64,000 nt of DNA from Owenia fusiformis. Taxonomy: Eukaryota. Positions within the stretch are counted from its first letter, which is position 1. Each line of letters starts with the position of its first letter. Positions 13,301 to 23,061 of the stretch are shown in pieces. The stretch is taken from NCBI GenBank assembly GCA_903813345.2, contig CAIIXF020000001.1, forward strand, positions 12,400,001 through 12,464,000. Direction: 5' to 3'. Both the position numbers and the translations under genes were made by a program. The notes under the pieces were generated by a model, which had not been told where the DNA came from, made no database searches, and saw only the letters and a list, made by a program, of their open reading frames with translations.

Positions 13301-16300
13301 TGTATTCTGATCCAGAAGACAAAGCCATGGACCCTTCTAAGCTATACCCTAATGGGTGGCTTATGCCTGATTATGCTGTTGAGAGGGGGTCTATCTTGCC
13401 TAGTATTACTGGAGACCCCTTAACTCCTGATATACCAGCAGTTTGTAAGTATAATTGCACTTATTCTATGAATCCGTTCATTTCAATAAATAAAACCAAA
13501 GGCAGGCCTGTAGCCACGGGGAGGGGGGGGGGTCTTTCAACATTTTGAACCATTTTGATTTTGGGCCAAAATTGTTAAATTTGAATCCCCTGGAATTTCC
13601 AAAAACTGAGCTTCCTTTGGCAAAAGTATTATATTAAGATGTTTTGAATAAAGGTTCTTTGTACTCTGTAATACAGGGTTTTACATGTATTTTTCAGCTG
13701 GTGCATACCGTCTTCCAATCTCTAAAGCAAACTTGCCCACCATTCCAGTGCAGCCTATTTCATATAAAGATGCTTATGCCTTGTTAAGGTAAGTGTTACC
13801 ATTGATTTGTCTCCACATCAAATAGCATTAGCATGGTGTAAAAAACATCAGCATCAGCATATTATATATCACTATGGGATGAGCAAAAGTCTGTATGAGT
13901 GCTATATACATGTGCCTAATATGTTACAACTCATGTAATTTTCCTCATAAAAATACCTGTTATACATAGTTATACACAAATGTTAGGAATAGTGGTTGAT
14001 AAAATCGATGCAATATCTCAAATAATTATTTGATAATTTCATTACAGTAAGATGTCAGGTCCGGCAGGCCGAGAAGATTTCCAGGGTGGCTTTAACTTCT
14101 CATACAACATTGGACCCGGGTACACCCAGCAGTATACTAACTGGTAAGAACTGAACTTAATACAACATACATGTAGAGATTAGAATCATATTTTGGTAGT
14201 GTTGACTTACAGTTTTTAAGAATATTCAACTGTTTTAAAAGGTCTGATCTGCATAAAGCTAGTTCACATGGCATTTTTATTAATATGATATTAACATTTT
14301 ACTGTTATTTTCAGGACTGTCAAACTTGAGGTAAACAATAAACTAGAAATGAGGAAAGTTACAAATATCATAGGTGTCATCAAAGGAATTGTTGAACCAG
14401 GTTAGTATAATATTATAATGAAACTGGGGTGTGTCAAAAATCAATGAATTATTTATTAGGTGTAGTAATTTTGAATTTCATGCATTTTCAGTTTTTTAAT
14501 GTGTGACATTTCCAGGGCAAAAATATCAATATTTATCCGATGGATACTAAATATATATGGGGATACCAACACAAGATGATTCTCGTATACGCCACTAAAA
14601 TCGTATCCGATCCATATGACGTGATATCCAATCGTATCCGACGGATACTATTTTAAAAAATATTTTGAAAAAAAATATTTGAAATATTTTAAATTTTGAA
14701 GAAAAAAATTTGAAAAAATTGAAAAAAAAAATTGAAAATTAATTCGGAAAAAAGTTTGAAAATTGATTTATAGCAATAAAAAAAATGAAAAAAATTGGGA
14801 AAAAATTGAAAAAATATTTAGAAAGAATTTGAAAAGTTCCAAGGTTATATGCTCAGTAAAAATGAGTTACATTTTTTCATGCAATCATTTTATAAAAATA
14901 AGGTCACAGAAAATAAAATGAAAAAATAGAATAGAATTAGAAAACAACAACTTTAGGTCAAATTATATGAAGTCCATAAAAAAGTAGCGACCATCGGATG
15001 AATATGATATCCTATGATTTTCTCGGCTCTCATTTTTATCCACTCTTGGATATCGCCGATCTCCACTCATTCGATGCGCTCACTCGTGGAGATGAGCGAT
15101 ATCCACTCATGGATAAAAATGGTATCCCTCAAAAATCATAGCATATCCTCTATTTACTCAAAAAATATTGTTATTTATCCCATATTCTCTGCCGAAATTT
15201 ATTTCACTCTTTCACCACTATTGGAATAAGATATATAGATATGGGATTAATATATTTTACATACATTTGTCTATGAACAGTCTTTTGTGGTCATGATTTT
15301 GATTATGATGTCACCATCAGAAGTAAGTGATGACATATTGTTACAATGTCAAACTTTTTGGTGGATCGGGTTGGTGTTCGGCGTTCTGCATCTGTCACAA
15401 ATGGCAGGTGGTGACATTTTGCCTGTTAATGCCTTGTTTTATATTGTAAAAAATGGTGATATATCAATTACACTTTATAATTCCAATTAATTAAAAACCT
15501 ATTTTAGATCGCTATGTTATTGTGGGTTGCCATCACGATGCTTGGACATATGGGGGAGTAGATCCAAACACTGGAACAGCCCTTATGTCACAGTTAATAA
15601 AGTCATTGGGAGAAATTGAAGATGAAGGTAAGATGTTCTGTTAATTTATAGGTTAATATACAATTCAAAGATAACTTTGTGTTAAGACTTTCTGGAAATT
15701 GTAACTGTTGATGGTACATGTAGATTCATTTTGAATAATATTTGAACTAAATTGCTTTATCAGGGGTTCCAAATTGATAAATAAAAATATATGTTATTTC
15801 TTCGTTCAGTATAACAAGAATACACATCATAGACTGCATTTTATTACCCACGGTTGCTCTTACTTATCCAAGTGTAAATAAATTATTTCACTAATGGGAG
15901 CTAATTGTGATCCCATAATTCTCCATACATGCCCCAACCATAAATTCACTGCTGATTTAAAATCCCCGAGATTAGACTAAATCAATAAACACAATTAAAT
16001 AAATACTACGTGTACAGTTTTTTTATTTGGCAAAATAACGCATCATCGTCTAACCTTGTAATTCAGTCCAATAATATTTTGATATGAAGATTTCATTAAT
16101 TGATTTATAGCTTATATGAAACAACTATGTGGAAAAACAATCAATTTATGGAACTTTTGATAAGAATAAAGACAATGAGGACACGGAGTCACGTAACATC
16201 ATGGGGATGTTTAGTTCTTGTGTGTTTGTTTCTTTTCATCTGCTGGATTAACATGGTAATCAAGCCACATACAGGTCAAATAATAAAAGCGAGCATCGAT

Positions 16301-19300
16301 GTTGATATTGGATGCTGGAATAAAGACTTCAGGAAGATTATTGGAAAAAAGTTTTTCCGCTGTCGTAAAGGTGTTACACCATGGACTAGAGATGATGTCA
16401 TAAAGGAGTTAGAAGTATTCAGAGATGTTTATGATAAGCGTCCTGAGCAGAATGTGTTTGGTACTGAAATCATGCAGCAGTTCACACTATGGATGATTAT
16501 ACGCCAACTTAACCCATTGTACATTATTGAAAGTGGAGTGAACTTTGGACTCGGGACATGGATGTTAAGGCAGGCAGCCCCTCTTGCCAGACTCATAATG
16601 ATCGATCCCCGTGAGACTGATAGACTCCGTTATAAAGACCTCATGTATAATAGTGTCTACCTTCACGGAATATCACATTTTAAAGATTTCTCCCAGGTTA
16701 ACTGGACTAATTACATCAACAACAGAGAGAAGACTCTAGTGTTCTTTGATGACCATCAGTCACATTATAAACGCCTTAAACAAGCCAAAGATCTCGGTTT
16801 CAAACATTTGGTATTTGATGACAATGGCCACCCAACGAAGGGTGACGTGTATTCTATAAACCATGCATGTGATGCTGGACGCTGTATCACAGATAGGATA
16901 GCACCACAGTCTAAACATACAATTGTGAAGGACAACTTTGGTACAGCTGAAGAAGCCATAACTGCTGATGATGCATTAGAGATGGCTCAGTACATTCATG
17001 ACTCCATTGAAATATACTATCAGTTCCCTCCATTGTGGCATATATTCGACACAACCAGAGTACAATATTTGCTGCCACATAAGATATCCTACAAGATCAA
17101 TCCTATCCCTTTGATGAACTTGAAGCAGGCAAAGCTGTACCAGAAAAACTTTACTCAGAAACTAAACATTGATGATTTAACTTCATATACAAATATGTGC
17201 TATGTTAAATTGAAATAGATATTTGGAAATGAAATACTGTGAAATCGGTTTAACCAGTATTTGAACATCTTTTATATTGAGATAATGGGCACTGTTCATG
17301 TTTTAACATCAAATACTCATTCAATGACATTCAGAAATACTCATTCAATGACACATAGTGCCAACAATAAACTCCACATTGCCTGCTTAAATCAGCATGG
17401 GGTATATTTGAACGCTTTTTAACACTTTTTAGCAGATTTTAATTAAGAGTTTTACTTTGTAGCTAGGCTTTTAAGGGTCAATTAAACTTTTTAAATATAC
17501 CAATGGAAGCACATAGTGTTCTGTATGATGTTTATATAAGTGTGCCTATATAAGCAGGTAAATGTAAATCTCTATTTAGAATGGGATCAATTGTACCTTT
17601 TTATATTAAAAAGCTTTAATGTATAAATATATAAATGTTAATTTAATCTGTGTTTACTCTCATTTATTGTTCAGATACATGTAGTGAATACTGAAGACAG
17701 TCTGTTGATATAGGAGTTATTAGTACACAATATTCCAACATTGCACATCATGGAAAACACTCATTTTTCTTCTACTCACTGATATACATGAAAAGGAGTT
17801 AAGATTTTGATGTTAGAACTATTCTTTTAGTTAAAAAAAGTATTTCGGGTCTGAATACTGAAATAAGAAAATAAATATTTTATATATGCTGGAAATATAC
17901 TTGTACCAAAAGATTTTAGTGCAGAGTGGGTAAATTACATTTTACTCTTCAAAGTGCAATGTTTATTACAGTGTGTCTTGTTATTTTAGACTGGCGGCCA
18001 AGACGTACATTGATATTTGCAAGTTGGGATGCAGAGGAGTTTGGCCTGATTGGATCTTATGAGTGGGTAGAAGATAACATGAAGCAGTTGGCCTCTAAGG
18101 CTGTGGCTTATATAAATCTAGATGGTGCCATCAGAGGTATTATTTTCCTCCTATTCAACTTTGTCAATGAGGATCCTCAAGTGTAACGTCAATGTGTAAC
18201 CTCAGGTGTAACGTCAATGTGTAACTTGATACTAATTGATCAATAACATCAATAAACATAAACACAAAAAACGTTGCTATTATGTAAACAGTGATATAAC
18301 ATATGATGTAAAAACAGAATTATAGCAAATAGATATGTTACAAAGAAACAACAAAAAACATCAATGTTGTTTATTATCCCATCGAACGAAGTTCGGAGGG
18401 ATATAGGGAACGCCTCCGTCCGTCCGTACGTACGTCCGTCCGTACGTACGTCCGTCCGTACGTACGTCTGTCCGTACGTACGTCCGTCGGTCCGTCCGGG
18501 CAATAACTCAAATACCGTTGGCCCGATTTTGTTCATATTTTGTACACATATACCCTATGGGGGTAGAAGTTCTGCTCGAAAGCCGATTTTCAAAATGGCC
18601 ACTCATTTCAAAATGGCGGCCATTTTAGTGCCGATTTTACAGTAATTTAGGTGCAATATGTAAAACTGTAATAGCAATATGTTTTAAAGGTAAAAAAATT
18701 ATAAAGGACATTAATAAAGCTACAAATGTAGATATTAAAAAAGCACATGGCAGCCATCTTGAAAAATGGCGGCCTTTACTCGTTATTTTACGATTTTTGC
18801 CATAACTCGAAAAGTAGTGGAGCGATTTTGTTCATATTTGGTATGTGAATACTATAAACATTGCACACTGTCTAAAGACACTTTTGGTAGAAGGCGGCCA
18901 TTTTGAAAAATGGCCGCCATTTTAACGTTTTTTACTATAACTCGAAAAGTAGTGGAGCGATTTTGTTCATATTTGGTATGTGAATACTATAAGCATGGCA
19001 CACTGTCCTATGACACTTTTGGTAGAAGGCGGCCATTTTAACATATTTTACTATAACTCGAAAAGTAGTGAAGTGATTTTGTTCATATTTGATATGTGAA
19101 AACTCTAAGCATGGCACATTGTCTAATAAAACTTTGGGGAGTAGTCGGCCATTTTGAAAAATGGCCACCATTTTTATGTGTGTTATTTTACAAGTACATG
19201 TGTGCGATTTTTCAAAAATTTTATAGGTGGCTTCTTAAAAGCATATTATTTCTTCTGATGACAACTTGGCTAGTGAGCAACCATTTTGAAAATGGTGGCC

Positions 19301-22300
19301 TTTCTGGTGTGTTGTTTTATGATATTTGCTATATATTTCGTTTGTAAAAATGCCAGCCATTTCTGTTCGATGGGATTCGCTACGCTTTGGCGTTGCCGTT
19401 GTTCTGGTTATTACATTCTCTAATGCTGACATACACTGTAATAATGGAATATTATCTCTGTGTATTTATTAGGTAATTACACATTCACAGCAAGTGCCAG
19501 TCCACTTATGCGTCATGTTTTGTATGACGCAACCCGCGATGTGCTCTGCGCTGACCAGGACCACCCCGACATGTCTGTATATGAAATGTGGAAGATGCAT
19601 GATCCAGTTAACAGCAGCGATCTCCACACATTGCCAAAGTAAGGAGTACCTCCCTGCATTGTATCTCGTAGATGCTATTTACACGTTTTTGCTTTATAAT
19701 ATAGTTAAAGGATCCAGGACTTTTATAGATGGCAGTTCACACTAATTTTCTCTTGTGGGTAGTTGTCACATATGTCCCATTGGTTTATGTGTAAATATTG
19801 CTGTCTTAAAATCCCAAATGCACTGCTTAAATCAAATTTATATCACATTTTCTCATAATGATTACAAACATGTTTTAAGTTTCAATATCATGAGACCTTG
19901 GATATTTTTATTGAAATTTAATTTAGGAGATTTTTGAAGCATTTTTACATGCTAAAGTAAAAGCCAATGAATTTTTCGCCATCTATTGACAGTCATTAAA
20001 GCCATTGGTTTCAATGTTTAGTTTCAATTTTATGTTTAGTCATATTTTTAAGCCTTGTTAGTTAATGAAGATTTTAATTTTAAAAAGTACATGATGAAGA
20101 TGAATAAAACAGAAAAGGGCATATGTTAAAGAAATCTTTGATTCTGTTATTTTAGGGTGTCTTTAATTGGATCTGGTAGTGACCAATCAGCATTTGTCAA
20201 TACATTGGGTGTGCCATCGCTCTGGCCTGTCTACAGACATAACTTCAAAGTAAGTCGCAATTGGCATTTTTTATAAAGTGGGAGCAGAACCATCAGCTTT
20301 TACCATATTCGCAGATTATATTATAAATGGTTGTGTAAGAATTACTTTGAAAAAATATTTATTATGGTTTTTGAAGATATGTTAAACCTCAGTCACATTT
20401 GCTCTATTGTGGCCCTAGCTTCACAAAATCGATATAGAAAATCCATATCTATATCGTATTGCTTATTGATATCATATCCCTATATTTTATGATGCATATT
20501 TTTTTTCTCTTTGGGAAGCTACAGCCGCTGTACCGTAGCCTTGATCAAATTTGACTAAAGCCTGAAGCATTGCTATTTGAATGTTCTTTTTAGGCCTACC
20601 CATTCCAAACTCCACCTGCCTACCACACTTCTCTCGATACTTATCGTTACGTGAAAAACTTTATTGACCCACACTTCATGATCCATGAGACAATGGGCAA
20701 AGTTGTTGCAGAGATAGTGCTGAGACTGGTGGATTCTGCTAAGCTTCCTGTAGATGTTCGAGACTATAGGGATACTGTTTGGAAAGCTTATAATGACACT
20801 AAAGATCAATATGCAAGTCATCTTAACAATAAAAACATCAAATTAGGTAATTTAATGACATTTTTTCACATGAGTTGATTTTTGCATTAGTTCACAAAAG
20901 TGTACAAATGATAAACTGCCAAAGTTTCATAAAACATTAATTTTATTTTACAATTTAATGAAATCCTGATTAATACTGTGAATTTTTATGTGGATCTGTG
21001 TTATCATTTTTTGCTTTATACCCAATGATTGGTTAAATGTTCATGTACATTTAGTATTTAGTCATCTCAGTTATTATGTCACGCTTTCTATTGCAAATGA
21101 TTTTTTACATTGATTGAATATTATCTGTCATTGTAGATGGTCTGTATTCTGCTGTCAGAGAGTTTGGTGTAGCTGCAGATATGTTTGCCATTAAATATCA
21201 GAAACTTTCTATCACTAAGTAAGTCCTTTCCTATGATCCAGGGTATGAGAAAATGTAAGATATGCGAATGTTAATGGTTATGTATGGTTATTTCAATTTC
21301 ACCATCTTTGTTTTTGATCGGAAATCACCATCAAATGAACAACAATTTGTTGGAAGTTAACTCATACGTTGAAGTTACAACATAACATAATGAAACAAAA
21401 TCAGAAACTTTTGCACTCATTAATCAGATATGAGAATTGTGATTTTGAAGAACACATTGTTGAGTAACAGATTGCTTCTAACATTTTACACATATCTTTT
21501 GTTGCCCCTTGTAGTATATATTACTAGTTAATAAAAATGAAACAATTGTGTTGCAGAACTCTGGAATTACGGAGGCGGAATGACCAAGTGATGCTATTAT
21601 CAAGGGCATTTATTCTCCCTTCTGGCCTGCCTGGCAGACCTCAGCTCAAGTAAGCTTTACCTCATGACAACATGACAGTTGTCATGACAACATGACAGTT
21701 GTTATGATGACATGACAGTTGAAGAATGGAATTGTAGTAAACAAGTTTTTGATTCACCCCCTGCAGGAGTTTAACTCCCAAAATATGAAATATTTGGAAC
21801 ACACCAAGGGGCTGTGTACCAGGTTTCAGAAAAAGGGGCACAAAGATTTCAAAAATTTGCGAACTCTTCGAGATTTCACAAATGTACAGTATGCTTTTTC
21901 AATGTAAATTGAGGGTTTTTAACAGTAAATTTTATTTCCTGACATGATTCATGAATAATTTGTTCATTTGGGACATGTTTTCAAAATTTGAAATAATGAA
22001 TATTTGAGACTAAAGAATGTGAAGATACATTCGATATAACTCATCGATGAATATCTAATGATGTTTCGACCATTGCTTTGTAAGAATGAAAACCAACAAA
22101 AGATGTCACCTTCATATGACATACATATTAGGAGCATTGAATAGGAATATAATGCTTAATGAGTAGGCTAGTTCATTAGTTAATATCATTATTTGATGCA
22201 TTTCAGGAATCTATTGCTTTCACCAAGCTCATACAACACATATGGTTCCTCCCTGTTCCCAGGCCTATCAGATACAATCTATGAGGCAACTACATCAGGG

Positions 22301-22390
22301 GATTGGGAACCAGTGAAACAACAGCTCTCAGCGCTTATCATAGCTTTACATTCCGCCAGAAACATTCTCAGTGAGGAAACTCTACCCTAG
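1380..22390 (+). CDS. Glutamate carboxypeptidase II / NAALADase-like M28B metallopeptidase, type II membrane protein, 18 coding exons
   Basis: Phase-consistent GT-AG exons: 1380-1411 (least certain), 6946-7225, 7569-7639, 9341-9484, 10582-10717, 11948-12070, 13261-13444, 13698-13788, 14048-14143, 14315-14400, 15508-15627, 17990-18136, 19473-19638, 20156-20249, 20594-20846, 21137-21218, 21557-21649, 22207-22390 (TAG). TM helix [21 protein letters not shown]. Motifs: [15 protein letters not shown] domain [14 protein letters not shown] / [11 protein letters not shown] / LYSDP / [52 protein letters not shown], and the C-terminal helical domain with NDQVM and FPGLSD. All zinc ligands and the catalytic Glu are present. 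FOLH1/NAALAD2/NAALADL1 family; exact orthology not resolvable. Confidence 0.95.
6630..6864. mobile_element. MITE with 18-bp TIRs, CAC...GTG ends (CMC/CACTA-like)
   Basis: cacagggagatatgccga (6630-6647) and tcggcatatctccctgtg (6847-6864), with internal repeated gagtact/gtactc motifs. Superfamily assignment is tentative. Confidence 0.75.
8201..8335. repeat. Two-copy tandem duplication, 69-bp period
   Basis: ccaattatatcagt(g/a)catacagtggttataccctttgccatgctaccatattaaatacacagtag at 8201 and 8270. Confidence 0.9.
9150..9298 (+). repeat. Dispersed ~130-bp repeat family; other copies at ~15310-15436, 24265-24385, 24720-24832, 48190-48310
   Basis: Shared consensus tcaccaccacaa...gtctccaacatttttg(t)ggatggtgttcggc...tctgt(n)acaaatggcaggtggtgacattttgcatgtt(g/a)atgccttgt. 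Confidence 0.75.
14531..15156 (-). mobile_element. Non-autonomous hairpin + split-IR element, reverse orientation
   Basis: IR pair atttatccgatgg (14531-14543) / ccatcggatgaat (14991-15003) abuts a ~150-bp imperfect palindrome (15002-15156). Its terminus, reverse-complemented (taaatagaggatatgctatgattt), matches 61995 onward. A-rich body. Confidence 0.75.
16100..17218 (+). CDS. Nested intronless ORF: predicted type II membrane class I SAM-dependent methyltransferase-like protein
   Basis: 372-codon open frame inside intron 11 (15628-17989) of the peptidase. Single N-terminal hydrophobic segment ([20 protein letters not shown]), motif I-like [13 protein letters not shown], acidic strand end IMIDP, later strands VFFDDH and LVFDD. 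AATAAA at 17366-17371. True start uncertain: first ATG at 16128, or a splice acceptor at 16109-16110. Confidence 0.85.
   Translation: MIYSLYETTMWKNNQFMELLIRIKTMRTRSHVTSWGCLVLVCLFLFICWINMVIKPHTGQIIKASIDVDIGCWNKDFRKIIGKKFFRCRKGVTPWTRDDVIKELEVFRDVYDKRPEQNVFGTEIMQQFTLWMIIRQLNPLYIIESGVNFGLGTWMLRQAAPLARLIMIDPRETDRLRYKDLMYNSVYLHGISHFKDFSQVNWTNYINNREKTLVFFDDHQSHYKRLKQAKDLGFKHLVFDDNGHPTKGDVYSINHACDAGRCITDRIAPQSKHTIVKDNFGTAEEAITADDALEMAQYIHDSIEIYYQFPPLWHIFDTTRVQYLLPHKISYKINPIPLMNLKQAKLYQKNFTQKLNIDDLTSYTNMCYVKLK
18370..19412 (+). mobile_element. Non-autonomous Helentron-associated element (HINE / DINE-1-like)
   Basis: 5' subTIR tcccatcgaac (18377-18387) with adjacent IR, (CCGT/ACGT)n microsatellite 18415-18498, internal repeats starting 18802, 18937 and 19053, 3' subTIR gttcgatggga (19365-19375), then a short stem-loop and a T-rich flank. 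Confidence 0.85.
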
Positions 22391-22912
22391 TTATTACGAT
22401 GTTGATTTCATGTGGTACATCACTGCTGATTGACAATCGATGATAAATAAACGCCTGCAGGACTTGAAAATTCCTCTTTGTGTCATTGGTATGGTAAGGT
22501 CAAGTCAAGGATACCGAAATGTATTGTGCATAAAGGAGAACTTTCCATATATGATTAGAGACTTAAAAATTGGCATATTCACTTTATCTGAGTTTCCAGT
22601 TTCCTATCTGATGTATATGTGCAGGTCATATACAAGTTAGCATCTTAATTAATGAAGTGAGCTGATTTTATAAATCTTGCTCCTTAATGTGTATTGCACA
22701 ACAATGTGGCAACAAGATTGATGGAGTTGCATCTATTAGCTTGTGGCAGTGACACAGTGTCACAACACTGTCCAGGCATTAGTGTAAAAAACAATTTGTC
22801 ATTCCTTGAACATTCATCTTTTAAATATTGTACATTTAGACTGTTGATGCTGGCCATTTTGTCAATTTGAAAGAGATGTATGTACAGTATATAGTAATTA
22901 TTAGTCAAAGTA

Positions 22913-23061
22913 CAGTAAAACCTGTATATTCATCTGAATGCTTTCTCTGGTCTTCTACCTTTTTGTCCAATTGAACTACATGTTTAAAAAAATTGAAATA
23001 TGAAATCATTCAAACACTTTTAGCTGGTACCAGTGGTTTTCAGATTGAACATGTTTTACTG
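22913..23061. mobile_element. Tc1/mariner-like MITE (CAGTAAAAC TIR, TA flanks)
   Basis: ta|cagtaaaacctg...catgttttactg|ta. Same terminal family as 59074-59753 and 63218-63397. Confidence 0.75.

Noticed and set aside
18249-18645. ORFs 18249-18536 (-) and 18364-18645 (+) with RTDGRT/VRPSVR repeats
   Set aside because: They are translations of the HINE microsatellite.
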